Shown here one piece after another: positions 22,921-35,609 of a stretch of DNA of 64,000 nucleotides. How positions within the stretch are numbered: position 1 is the first letter of the stretch; every line of letters starts with the position of its first letter. This DNA is from Dimorphilus gyrociliatus (Eukaryota > Animalia > Annelida). The notes beneath the pieces were generated by a model. That model worked only from the letters and a program-made list of their open reading frames with translations. It had not been told where the DNA came from and did no database searches. Where the stretch lies: contig CAJFCJ010000012.1 of the NCBI GenBank assembly GCA_904063045.1, forward strand, positions 1,922,001-1,986,000. The letters are read 5' to 3'. Both the position numbers and the translations under genes were made by a program.

Positions 22921-24433
22921 TTAAATTAGCAATAGTTTAAAAGTCAAAAGGAGTGAAGAACATAGGAGAAACATGTTTGTTATACCTTTCTCCGAACCAC
23001 CTCGAGGACAACTTGGACCATTCATTTTATATGATGGTTTCGTTACAACATCGCTTGCCTTCTTACCACAATTAGATTTGATTGGTCTATCTTGACAAGC
23101 TATTTTCTCCTCTTGAATTCTTTTATAACATAGTTGATCTGAATTAATATTTGTTCAACAAGAAAATATGATAAATACTCACTTGCATATTCTCTCTACA
23201 ACTCCCTTAACACTCAAGTTGTCGTAATCTTGTTGGAGCTGTAAAAAGTCAATGCCTTGTTTCTGTAAACATTGATAAAGGGGTTGTCTTTGTTGTTGAT
23301 AGCATTTCGTATGCTTCTTATACTCTTCACTATCTTTACAAAATCCTATTAAACTGTTATGAAAGTTATCTTTGTTGAAGTACATTTTGAAAACTTGACT
23401 TAATTTCTCATCTGCTACGCAATTTTCCATAATTTGCTCAAAGCAGATGGCAGCATTTTCCCATCTTTTATCCCTGCACATGGTATCTACATAATAAGCA
23501 TTTCCACCTCCCAGTATTGGCACCACAACGCTTCCAGGACCAGGTAAAACTTCTTGGAAACATCTAAAAGCGTTTGCCAAGCTATTTGATGGACATCCCG
23601 GATTAGGTGTGGGAAATGGTGGAAATGATGGTATAATAACTTTTTTACAAAAGTCAGTCTTCATTCTTTTAACAGTTTCCTTGACTATGCTTGAAAATGC
23701 TTGTGAACAAGGACTTCGTTTCATGGCCGCATCTTGACAAATGTCCCTATTTTCTCTAGCTCTAATATTGAAGAAAAGAAAGCAGATGATAATAATCATA
23801 GAAAAGTCTTAAAAAGTAACAAAGGATAAGCTACTAACGCGCAAACCCTAGAGGCAATCTCTTCTTTAGATAATTCGTTCCATTTCGAAAAAATATTCTC
23901 AATTTCATTATATAAACTATATAAGAAACAATTCAGTAATTCGTCTCGGGTATATCTATATATGCAATCGGCGTGTTGGTTATAAACATCAACTTCCGAA
24001 CAGAAATAATTCATTCCACTTTCAAATGTATGATTATTAAATACATTTCCAAGGAGAAATTTCACTTTTTCGTCTTCTGTACATTTCTTTTGCAATTCTA
24101 CAATACATTCAATAGCCTTACGAAAATTTTCATCTCTAAGAATTGAATATTAGATGTAAAAAATAGAAAAAATGTGTTTTCTTTTAACTTTACCTGCACA
24201 TTCCACTTGCAAATTCCCTATTTGCACCGCCTATAATTGGAGCAACATTTCTAGATGGATCAACTGGCCAAAGTTGTCTATAACATTCAGAAAATTTCTT
24301 GATAGCATCTGCTGGACATTGACAATTGGCAACTGCAATGCAACCTAAAGAAATGTAAAGAAATTAGATGGAGAAGAGAACTTTAAAGAAAAAGAAAAAG
24401 TTGCTAACAAAATATAATAATCCAGGTTTTCAT
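22921..24433 (-). CDS. Secreted/GPI-anchored protein with two tandem ~175-aa cysteine-rich helical repeats, 416 aa
   Basis: Exons 24433-24409, 24344-24194, 24135-23839, 23761-23183 and 23119-22921 total 1251 nt. It has a signal peptide (MKTWIIIFCCIAVANC), a clear internal duplication with conserved Cys spacing, a Pro-rich linker, and a hydrophobic C-terminal tail (MFLLCSSLLLTFKLLLI). Confidence 0.8.
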
Positions 24434-24890
24434 GATTAATCTCTTAAAAAGTATCAAATATAACTGATTTTAATAAACAAGAAGGCGTTTGCAGTTTATC
24501 TTATCAAGCAATTAAATATTATTGTCTTCGCCGATTAATTTATTATTATTTCTATCTTTTCGAAGGAATATAGACTTAATAATTCTTGCTAATGATGAGT
24601 TTAATTACAAAGTTGTCTTTAAATGTTTTAAAAAGGCCTAATATAATATATGATAGTAGTCGAACGATTGCGTAATGTCTGCAAGAAACAGACGATAGAA
24701 GGTGTTAGACCAATGAAAAACAATTGAAATATTATATGAAACAATTCAATAACTCAGTAAGAAAATGTAAGAAATGACAAAAGTTTGGAATTTTCAATAT
24801 TCGTTTTGTAATAGTTCTTTTAAAAATTTTATAATAGAAAAATAAAAACAAAATCATCATATAGATGACACTAGTTGTGTTGCATTTTAA

Positions 24891-24903
24891 GTTACTTGGC
24901 AAC
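24891..24903 (+). promoter_or_regulatory. RFX X-box upstream of LRRC51
   Basis: GTTACTTGGCAAC is a full match to GTTRCYNRGYAAC, about 190 nt upstream of the LRRC51 ATG. Confidence 0.65.
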
Positions 24904-25091
24904 CAGTTAAAAGTTTTTCCAATAACTTTGAAGAGGGTAATGACTTAATAGCTCGATTTATAGAGAAACAGCCGTTAGTATATATTGGATATAACTAAAA
25001 GATATTATATTCCTACAACAGTTAATTCTGATAGGGTAAAATAGCAGAAGAGTAAAGAAGATATATTTTCGACAGTGTCTCTAAAATCGTC

Positions 25092-25970
25092 ATGTCAGAA
25101 AGCAAAGAAGTAACACAGCCAATTACACCTCGTATGCATAAAACCAAAGTCACTGAGTTGAATTTTTCGTTTCTGTCGTTAACCGACGTTTTTGGTAAGA
25201 AATTAAATCCAAGAATATATTTATAATTACGTAATAGTAAATATTATTAAAATATAATAAAGAATGCGAGAAAATCGAACCAAGATGCGAAACTAGTAAA
25301 TCAATACCGAAAAAGAATAAAGATGGATTATACAATGCAAGTTGCATACGCTTGAACAACAATTTAATATCGAAATTGAACGATTTTACAACTTTTCTCT
25401 CTCATATTATTATCAATCCAGACCAATTAACATGGATAGATTTAAGTTGCAACGAATTGCCTGAAATTCCATTAGTAAGAGCATTTTAATTAACGGTTTA
25501 GTATTTGAGGAGCTGAATTTGTATATCTTTTTTTTTTAATTACAAAGGCACTTGGAACAATTAACAGCTTAAGGATACTTTTACTCCACGGAAATCAAAT
25601 TAAAGAGATTGATGAAGTTGACAAACTATTAAACTTACCCGAATTACATAAGCTAACTCTACACGGCAACCCTTTAGAAACAGTGAAGGTAATATACATA
25701 TGTATAACATTACACATAACATATATGCTGTATAAGATATGCCATATATATATGTATATATTGTTCTGTTAATAGAATTACAAATTCATCATAATTTCGA
25801 AATTCTTAACTGCTCAAAAAGTACAAACACTGCAAGAACTAAAACTGCGATGCTTGGATAATGGTACGTTAATTAAGGGTGATGTTGTTACCGCCTTAAG
25901 TATAGGTCAGTCATCGGCAATGGCCGCTAAAAAAACCAACAAGAAGAAGAAGAAGAAGGAAGAAGAGTAA
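25092..25970 (+). CDS. LRRC51: Leucine-rich repeat-containing protein 51, 216 aa
   Basis: Exons 25092-25194, 25263-25474, 25548-25688 and 25776-25970; not present in the ORF track. Motifs: LNFSFLSL, IRLNNNLI, PDQLTWIDLSCNEL, ILLLHGNQI, LHKLTLHGNPLE. Confidence 0.85.
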
Positions 25971-26149
25971 ACGATAAGAAAATAATAATAAAAGAGTTAT
26001 TAATAATTTGTTTGGCCTATATATTTCATTCACTAGAATAAAAAAACATATATATATATATATAAATTTATATAGGAGATATATGTGCCTTTAATATAGT
26101 AATTCCTTGACAAACAACTAGATATCTCTCTGTACAGATTGGTTTGTAT

Positions 26150-27004
26150 CTATCTATCTTTAACATCACTTATTATTGGATATTTCATTGAATACATATC
26201 GGAAAAGTCTGATGTTATCCTGTCTGTATTATTCAACTTGAATCCCCCACTTCGTTCTCTTCCATTTGCAAACTGAATACAAAATGTTTTTATTAGTTCT
26301 AAGTGTTTTTATTCTTTCTTTTTTGTGAATGCAATACTACTACTTACAAAGGTATTTGATCCATCGTTTACATAAGTTGCTATATTAGTAAGATATTCGT
26401 TCATTTTATCAGAGAATGTACATATTATTTCTCTACAAGCCGTCTTACCTTTCTAAATTTAAGGAATAACTACAATTGCAAACGGCAATATGATATAAAA
26501 AATAAATACCGAAAGAACTGTTTCATTACAATTTACAATATTCATATTATTTAAACTGTATAGTTTGTCTTTATCTATATAGTTTATCTTATCTTTCTCT
26601 ATATCATTTTCTTCCTCCTATATTGAGTATAGAATATCTATTATGTAATTAAAAATGTTGGATAAGCATACTTTGTTTCTCCTTTGGATTGGATAACCCC
26701 AAAATTTGGAGAAATTTTCAAATATACTAGGTAAATAATCATTAATATTTGATACTTTCTCAACGTTATTAATGATTTTCACGTTCCTATCTAATATATT
26801 TTTTATATCTGTTTTAACCTATGAAAGATCCCAATTAACTTTTATAACCAACAATTAATAAACTGTAATTATAACCTCATCCTTAACATCATCCCATAAT
26901 TCTGTTCTATAAATAGTAACAGAAAGATTATCATCAACAATTTCGCAACTGGGTAGAATAGAAGATTCTTTATTTTTTTCTCTTTTTTCTATCAAATCTT
27001 TCAT
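26150..27004 (-). CDS. Uncharacterised 203-aa protein (orphan), 5 exons
   Basis: Exons 27004-26876, 26818-26672, 26617-26510, 26452-26348 and 26272-26150. Canonical GT-AG sites, all introns phase 0, open frame from ATG to TAG. No family recognised. Confidence 0.6.
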
Positions 27005-27525
27005 GTTATCTTAAAAACTATTGAAAAAATTATATATAAACAATATAAAACTAATATTTTTAATGATTTAAAAAAGAAAATATTCAAATTGGATTAATTA
27101 CGTCATAAGCTATTTTACAACAATAAAAGTAAATAAAAAAGGACTTTGTTATTATTTATAAGCTTCATAGATAAGATAAAAAAAATATCAAATTTGTTCT
27201 ATTATCATTATCAATTTTAAATAAAAAATACAATGTATAGATTAAATAAGTAAACTCGTCCATTTTAAAAATGTTGTCATCTTTTTATATGTGTATATTG
27301 CATATATATACTGAAAATTCTCTTTTCCAAACGTACCAAAAAGCAAGATTTCATTCAATTTTTATATAAACTATATAACATAGTATACTTTATTTGCTGA
27401 ATATCAATTAAAGACATTTTTTCTTCTCCTTAACTCGATTTCAACTTTATCTTCTCCCTTTTTTTTATTTTGTTTAAATACGTTTAATATTGTTATATGT
27501 TTTTTTTCCATAGCACCAAGACTTA

Positions 27526-28830
27526 TCACAAAATTTCAAATTCTTCTTCAGAATCGAATTTTCTATCTATTAATGTGAAATCTATCAATAGGAAATGGAA
27601 GAAAAACAAAAATGTGATATTATTATAAAATGACTGCTAAAATTCATTTAAAAATTTACCATTTTGTCCTGCATTTGAATTGTCCTCAGAAGAAACAGAT
27701 ACAGTTACTGAATTTAAGGGTGAATAATGCTGTAATTTCCCCCAGTGTTTAGGTCTATTATTAACAACTTCGAATAGTTTTTGAAATTTTTCTCTGGCTA
27801 AATATTGCCAGTCGTGTAGAGCTTCGTATCTTTCAAATAAAAAGCCTATGGCCAAAGATGGGTCTAATCCAGAACAATCAATTTTTCCAGCATAGTCACA
27901 GTGATATGTTTCATCGTTCTCGAAATCTTTTTCTTGACATACATGGGGATCTAAATATAATAGATCATTTTCGCACTTACCAAAAAACCAATGTGCGTGG
28001 TTTGGTCTTCCTCCCAATAAACCAACGAAATATTCCGAGTTAAAGGTATCCAATAATGGTTCGATATAGCACGGATTAATTTCAGATAACCCTAATCTCA
28101 AAGGTATAAACAGGAGTATTGGCTTCCAATTCTTTTGCTTGCGGTTATGATAGTCGACTTGAACGCCAGCCGTTGTATAAGTTGCAATTTTTTCAATATC
28201 TTCAAGTACAACAGTAGAATCCATGGCAATATGAAGAGCAAGGTCACACCAATTTTCGAAAGCAGATAGTTTCCTTAGAACGTGAGCTACAGTGCTAGGA
28301 CCAAACCATTGCCCTATTTCTTTACCCTCACTTTCCCCCATTGAAGCTATTTGATGAATAGAAAATGGTGCTAATTTTTTATCATGAAACATTTTTAATA
28401 TCTTCCAATAAGTTGTATTTGTTGTGCCTTTTGTCCACCTCCAATCTCTCCCTAAATGCCTTACAATGAGAGAGTGGGATAGCATCATCTGTCCACACCT
28501 CAACATACAACCCCATCCTGAATCGGTGGTTGGTCCACCAATACCACCAATAGCATTAAAACTTTTTCGGTAAGTTAGCCATATTCTTGACATAACATCC
28601 TTCCTTAGATCTTCTAAATCTGAACAACGAAAAAAAGTAATTAGACATTTAAAAATACTAAAGACAGGAATAGTTAATATTCCATTTATCAAAATAAATC
28701 AAATAATATTAACCTTCTGCAGTAGACGGTGTATAATTAACGCCTAAAATGCAAACTCTTTTGCAAGACTGTAAAAACTCCTTGTAATCCAGGTTTTTAT
28801 TATCATACGTGATACAGTTGACTATTGCTG
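27526..28830 (-). CDS. ATG4B: Cysteine protease ATG4B (first micro-exon with ATG not located)
   Basis: Exons 28830-28714, 28619-27660 and 27581-27526. It has the catalytic DSGWGCMLRCGQMML, YLDPH, and a C-terminal LIR DSEEEFEIL (human EDEDFEILSL). Confidence 0.92.
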
Positions 28831-29103
28831 CTGTGAATAATTATTTGCATAAAAACATTTAAGATGATATAATGTTCAAAACCGATTAGATGACTTTTTT
28901 AACAGCTGATTTCTTAATTCTAGGATACTACGTTTATGACAGCTATCTAATTCAACAGAATTACGCGTTTATGTAATATTGGTAGTACTAACTATATATT
29001 TTCTTAAAGATATTCCAAACAATGGAAATAGGTAATGAAACACAAAAAAAAAATAATTTCTTACAGGATTTTGCTACTTCCATTATCAGAATGTAAACAA
29101 AAT

Positions 29104-29115
29104 CACGCATGCGCG
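29104..29115. promoter_or_regulatory. NRF1-type GCGCATGCG palindromic site in the ATG4B/LEMD3 divergent promoter
   Basis: CACGCATGCGCG, close to the YGCGCAYGCGCR consensus. Confidence 0.35.
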
Positions 29116-29495
29116 TAATGAGGCGCTTGATCGATTTGGAACATAGTCGATATAAGGGATTGTTATATGTTTTAATCATTAATGAAGAATGACATCTTTA
29201 TATTTTATGCAGTAAAGTTGTCAAATATACACAATAGTATACTAAAACCAAATGATAAAAGTAGTTGAAACTTTTATCAAGATTATTTATGAAATTTACC
29301 CCAAACGATTTAATCGACTTTATTCGATTCGATTTTACAAATTTCGACGAAAGTTACAAAGAAAATTAGTAAATGAATACTTTTCATTTTCGTAAAATTT
29401 CATAAAATATTTCTGCAACGCCCTTTCCCGATTTTACTTTGAATGTTTTAAGCAATATTAAATGTCTAACATTTTAAATTACCAACATATCCAAC

Positions 29496-31571
29496 ATGGC
29501 GGACCTAACGGACGCCGAACTTCGACTTGAACTGATAAAATACGGTTATACACCAGGCCCAATAGTCCCAAGCACTCGAAAAGTTTTAGAGAAGAAGCTT
29601 CAAAAGCTTAAATCAGGAAAATTAAATTCCAATGCTCTGGTAACGGTTAGCACTGATGAAAATGATTCGGATGCTCCTTCAAAATCGACGCCGAAATCAA
29701 ATAGGAGAAAGAAAAGTCCAATCAAATCATCTAGCACTAAACAAGCATCAGTTACGAGCACTCAATTACTAGATGAAGACGATCTGGATACCAATTCAGT
29801 AGGTTTACAATGCAGTTTCAACGAAGGAATCGAAAGACCGTTAATCACCGGAAGGAGACCTCTTGGAGCAAATTCACCTTTTACCAAACCGAAATTCTAT
29901 TCAAGTACACCGAAATGTGATGCACCATCATTAAGTAGCTATTCAACGTACCGAAAATTTAGCTCAGTTACTCTCCGATCAGGAGATACAACTAAAACTT
30001 TACTTAAAACAGAAGAGCGTAAGAGTTCTTCAGATGACAACAGTTCATGGCGTCCCCAAAACGTTTCAGCTTTAATTATATTATTTTTTGGGGCTTTTTT
30101 ATCCGTTATTGTATATTTGTACTTAAACCAGAGGCTGCTTGGTATGGAGAGAGCCCATGTTCAGGCGATTTGTAATAAGGATGGTCCAAAGAGTTCATTA
30201 TGCTCTTTGCAACCAGAAAGAGTAAAATCTACTCAGCAAATAGCAAAGGCTATTTACGACGTTCTAAATACGGGAGAGGGTAATTATTAGTATTTTCTGT
30301 ATTCTTATTCGTCCAATATTATGCAAGTTATTTGTTTTTTATTTCACCTTAGGTAACAGAATTTGTAAAGACGAATCTCTATCATTATATATGCCGCAGG
30401 CGACTGTCATTAAACAGATATCTGTTATTTTGAGACGGGAAGTGACTTCTAACGAACAAAAATTTGCCTACAACCTCATCTCGGAAAACCCTGAATGGCA
30501 TATGCGTTTATATGATTCTTCCAAAAGAGAAACGTCTCTTCCAGAGAGTGTCCAGTATCTTCGTTGTATAAAACCGTCACTTCCTCTATCTTGTAGAATT
30601 TCTAGATCTTTCAAAAGGCTTGCACTATATATTCTGACAGGAATAGCTGGAGTTTTGATGATAATTAGCCTCTTTGTATTTAGAAAATATTGGAAGAAAA
30701 GGGCTGAAAGGAGAATGCATGAAATGTATCTCATAATAGACAATATCATTAACTTCTTCGAAAGTGAATCCAGACAAAAGAGAGACGATGGAGAAGAGGA
30801 TGTTTTCTTTCCTATTGATCACGTTCGCGATCGACTTATTGAACCCAAAAAACGTCGTCAATTAGAGAAACTTTGGACTGAGGCTATAAACTTTTTATCG
30901 GATAATGAAAGCCGATTGTCTGAACAAATTAGAGTTGTAAATGGGGAAGAATTTCGTGTTTGGAAGTGGAACGACGGTGCTTTGAATGGTAAGAACAAAG
31001 TATGGCAAGGAAAAGGTAATTAATTTCCCTATAGATAGAGAAAAATTTAGTATTAACAAAAATTCCTTCTTTATTGATTTAGCCGTATCAGATAATTGTA
31101 AAGGAGACGACCCCGTTATAGGATACTACGAATGCTTGAAAATTAGAAATATGTTTGATCCTGACACGTTAGTATATTAAATATTATAATTCCGAAATAT
31201 TTTCGTTGCTAATTAATTGATAATTTTTTCCAAATAGTGAAGTTGAAGAAAATTGGCATGTAGCAATTGAAGATGCAATATTGGAACAGTGTAAAGAATC
31301 TGACATTGTTCATATCTCTGTAGAGAAATCTTCAAAAGAGGGTTGCGTGTATGTTAAATGCAGGACAAAATTGGATGCAGGAAAAGCCTTCAAGCAAATG
31401 AGGGGTCTTTGGTTTAATAGACGCCTTATATCAGTGAAATACTTGTCATTAGAACGCTATCATAGGCGTTTCCCGAAAGCTGTTAGTTGTTGTGAACGCC
31501 TCGAGCCCAGCAACGATGAACGCAGATCATTAGCTGTACCTTTTTTTAATTCCGTCACGGAAAAATTTTAA
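29496..31571 (+). CDS. LEMD3: Inner nuclear membrane protein MAN1, 621 aa
   Basis: Exons 29496-30279, 30353-31015, 31083-31167 and 31238-31571. It has an N-terminal LEM domain (LTDAELRLELIKYGYTPGPIVPSTRKVLEKKL), two TM segments, an MSC region, and a UHM/RRM (CLKIRNMFD...EGCVYVKC). Confidence 0.95.
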
Positions 31572-31915
31572 ACAAAGATGAAGAAAAATAGCGGGCAATT
31601 AATTGCCGTAGAAAGTTCATCCACAATCATTTTATAGATTTTATAGAATGTTGTGTAAAGGTTCGGGTTTTTGAAACTACTTAATGAGCTTTGTAGCGGA
31701 TTTACAGAAGTAAATAATAAAATAATGTAAAAAGACCTAGAGTGTCTTTAAAAAATTATTTCAAGTTGCTTTTAATACATTTAAAGAGAATTCGATTGTG
31801 TTTACAAAATTAAAATTTGTGATCTATTTATTTCTTTTTCAATTATCTGCCACTGGAATAGTTGATTCATCAAAAATTATTCATATTTGCCTTCAAACTA
31901 TTAATCTATCGTTGA

Positions 31916-33098
31916 TTAGATAAAATCCTCATGCTCCAAAAAATTATCGTTGTCCCTTCTCGATAATATGCCTCCGCTCTTACTCTTTGTTGCTCTTTGC
32001 ATTCTCATCCCAGATACAGTTCGATTAATACTACTAGCACCGACAGGTATTGCTGAATCTGTTACATTTAGTGCCTCCTCCGGTACCTTTGCCTTTTTAC
32101 AAACTACACAGGCACAAACCAAGAAGATAAGGAGAAGAAAGGGAAGGATTGCAAATGAAAGAATCATAAATAACTTATTCTTATTCAGATAGCTTTTAAC
32201 TGTAGCCAAACAGGTTCCGTTATGAAAGGTACTAGTAGGTGGTAGATTGGGAAAATTTGCCTTACGGAAAGGATCTTTAGTAATATTAACGTGTCCTGTT
32301 TTAAGAGTATTTTTTAGCAGATAATACAGATTATCTATATATAGAATAAGAAACGGAAAAATACTAAATTAATAACTTCTTACTTATATACGTTATCATC
32401 TGCTTATAGCAATCTTCGTCATAAAAATCATTTTTATCCGGATCGTAGGTTTTACAGCAAGATCGAGGAAATGGAGCAGCAGCTGACACGTCCCCGGGAG
32501 CAACGGCTGCAGCATATTCAGTGATACTTTTAAAAGCACAACATTGGAAGTTTTCTTGCACTTTGTGAATGGCTTTCCTCCATAAAATAACTTTTCCCTG
32601 ATTCCTGTCGGTATCTTCCGGATCGAATGATCTTTTATAAATTTCTACTATAGATGGAATAAAAGGATTGAGAGGCTCACTAACTGCCACATAAATAACA
32701 ATGACGAGCTGAAAAAGTGCAAGACAAATTAGGTTTCTTTTTTCAAAAACATGTAATTTCTCTCTCCCTCCCCTTCTTTTTTTTACCTTTAAGACAAACA
32801 ATAAAGCCAATAGAACCATGTAAATGCCCAATGCAACCCTATCTTTAGTTATAGCTCCAGCTAAACCTACTATGGCTCCCACATAGACAAAAAAGAATAA
32901 TGATATCATTGAAATAACTGCAACTTGGATGATATTCACTTGTGCTTTTTGGCTAGGATTCTTATCAACTTCGTATTCGGCAGCCCTATAAAGCGTTATG
33001 TAGGAAGGAGTAAAAGCTAAATAAGAAGCTAAGACTACAGCAGATGAAGCTATAAAGATCAGTAACACGTTAACTAGTATAAGTAATGGACGAATCAT
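31916..33098 (-). CDS. Divergent tetraspanin, 338 aa
   Basis: Exons 33098-32787, 32708-32384 and 32295-31916. Four TM segments; the EC2 loop has QCCAF, PRSCC and two further Cys; the C-terminal cytoplasmic tail is long. Confidence 0.85.
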
Positions 33099-33687
33099 TC
33101 TCTTATTGTATGATTTCTTTCAGTTTATTCTTTCAATCAGTCTCTATCTCTGATTTTCTTTATTTTTTTTATATATTTTTAATTTTTGTTCTTTTAATAA
33201 TAACGAAGAAAGAGACGATTTTTTTAGTTCTTTCCTCTCTCTTCTATCTTTAAACTTTATTTAAATTTCAAAACATCAATTTAAATGATGTCAATTAATT
33301 CGTAATAATAATTCATCTCTTTCCTTTCTATCTCTCTATTTCTCTATCATTTGTATCTTTTAATTATTTAATTCCGTTCAATTTATCGTTCGTTGTAAGT
33401 ATTTTAACTTTTCAATATTTTATAATATTAAACTTGATTAACATTATTAAAAATAGAACATTCGCAATATATTAATAAGGAATATTACGTAATACATATA
33501 CAAGTATATTTAATTTTTTTCTTTCACATTTCGACGCTAATTGGTAACTTAAGACGAATTTGGTGCATTTTTAAGCCTATTATGACAATCGATAAAGTTG
33601 TCAACAAGCAATCTCTCTGTAGGTTGCTTAGCAATCAACGGTTTTGTGTCAACTGCACATCGTTTTACTCAGTTTAAAAATATAATC

Positions 33688-34659
33688 ATGACAAAGAACT
33701 TGAATAGACGTGAATACTCCCAAACTGATTATCATTTTCCTGGTGTTTCGAGGAAAAAATTACCAGTTGACCTTAGAGAGCCAATATATTATATAAAAAT
33801 GGCTACTAGCGGTTCTTGGAAAGGTTCAACAAATAGAAAAAAATCAGCGAATCCTCATCAAAATGATGCAGAAAAGCAAAAATCAACGAATGTTGTTGAA
33901 AAAACGGATTCTCTACTTAAAAAAACAGCATGCTCTATTAAATATCGATATCCTACAAGTTTTCAAAAAACTGCTCCTAGTTTATCATCCAAGGATAAAT
34001 TGCGTGAAGCTGAGAGAGATCGTCTAATGCAAAAATTATCGAATTCAACGCCTGAATGTATGAAAAGAGGGACATTCTACTCTGAACAGCCTAGACGACA
34101 TAATTGTACTTATGGTGTTCTTCCTTATAATCAAAATAATAAATCAATATCTCAGAGATTTGGAAGAAGTTCTCTAAGTATAACATATATCTTAAATCAT
34201 AAAATTGGTAGTAACCTATTGAAGGAAAGATATAGCAAATCAACGAAAAATCAGAACAATGGTAGTTTAAATCGTACTGAAAATAAAGTTACTTTTGATG
34301 ATTCGACGGATGCTAAAAGAAATGGTACCTATAATTATTCTTATGCATACGACGAAAATAACGATAATTTAAGCTTTGATGATACGGATTCTTATACTAA
34401 AGATACTAATAAAATAGAAAATCCCCCTTCACTCTCTTACTCAGATTCAGGTTCCGAAAGAAAGCTATTGGAGACTTTAGACTCTTCTAGAAATTCTACT
34501 GCAAGACCTGTATCGAGTAGGCAAACGACGGATAGATCGACAAAAAGGAGTTCAGTTCGTAGTAATTCTAAGAGTGATGACGATCTTAGCATTGCAAAGA
34601 GTTACGAAAAAGAACTGTACGCACTTGATTCGGAATTTGAATCGAATGATGAAATCTAA
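33688..34659 (+). CDS. Uncharacterised Ser/Lys/Asn-rich, probably disordered protein
   Basis: An open frame of more than 320 codons in very AT-rich DNA; the first ATG is at 33688 and an upstream exon is possible. No recognisable domain. Confidence 0.55.
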   Translation: MTKNLNRREYSQTDYHFPGVSRKKLPVDLREPIYYIKMATSGSWKGSTNRKKSANPHQNDAEKQKSTNVVEKTDSLLKKTACSIKYRYPTSFQKTAPSLSSKDKLREAERDRLMQKLSNSTPECMKRGTFYSEQPRRHNCTYGVLPYNQNNKSISQRFGRSSLSITYILNHKIGSNLLKERYSKSTKNQNNGSLNRTENKVTFDDSTDAKRNGTYNYSYAYDENNDNLSFDDTDSYTKDTNKIENPPSLSYSDSGSERKLLETLDSSRNSTARPVSSRQTTDRSTKRSSVRSNSKSDDDLSIAKSYEKELYALDSEFESNDEI

Positions 34660-35609
34660 TACTCATAACATTCTCTAGACATAACAGCTTATATTATTGT
34701 AATATTTATTATTTTTGCTGTTAATTCGGAGATAACTGCAAATTACTCAGAGAAAAGTCTTAATTATGGTAATTGCCGTAATTAATTAGATATTAAAAAA
34801 GAGTATATTTTTAGTAAATTAGCCATAATTTTCTTTATTAATTAATACAAAAAACTATTAACCAACACTAAAAAGACCTTCTATATCTTCTGTTTATCCT
34901 CCTCTCTTCTGTTCCAAACTGCTCCACTAAACTTAATATGCAAATTAGTTTAATGGACAAAACCCTTTCAAAATTTCTTTTAAAACAGAAAGTAGATTGT
35001 ACATAAGTTATGCTCTGGCTCTAGGTCAAATCGTGCAAGGATTTCGCCTTTTACTAAATCCTTCCGTGGACTAGAGTCCCTTTATGGGCTTCCATCCTAA
35101 TTTTTGTTTGCCTCAATCTAATCTGAGGCTAATTATCCTAACAACGAAAGAAAACTGGTTCATTCCTTATTAGAATGAAAGAAAAGAACAAACAAGGGAT
35201 CTTGACTTTGTTTTGTGATTATTTCTTTTTATTATAATAGATCAAGTGATTAAAATTGAGACATTGTCTTACTAACAAAAACAATATTCATTAATAAAAA
35301 ACATTAAACACCACTACATCACTGAATTCCGTAAATAGGACAATAAAAAAAGATAGTAGGTGTTTTTTGAGGATGAGGAGGTGGGGAGGGGGTTTGGGAA
35401 GGGCAAGATAGGAATTAGTAAGATCTTAAATTGTAAAAGACTTTTGGGGACATTTTAAACAATATTCAAGAATTGGCGAACAGGGATTTTCCTTAGTTTT
35501 TGAAATACGAGAACGTCTCCTCGATTTATTAAAATTTGTATAAAAATCTGAACAAATACGCACAACAAACGATATAAGCACGAGAAAAAATTGTAGACAA
35601 TAAAAACAC

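Noticed and set aside
32709-32786. Basic insert KKRRGGREK within tetraspanin TM3 in the ORF track
   Set aside because: It is an in-frame 78-nt GT-AG intron, not protein.
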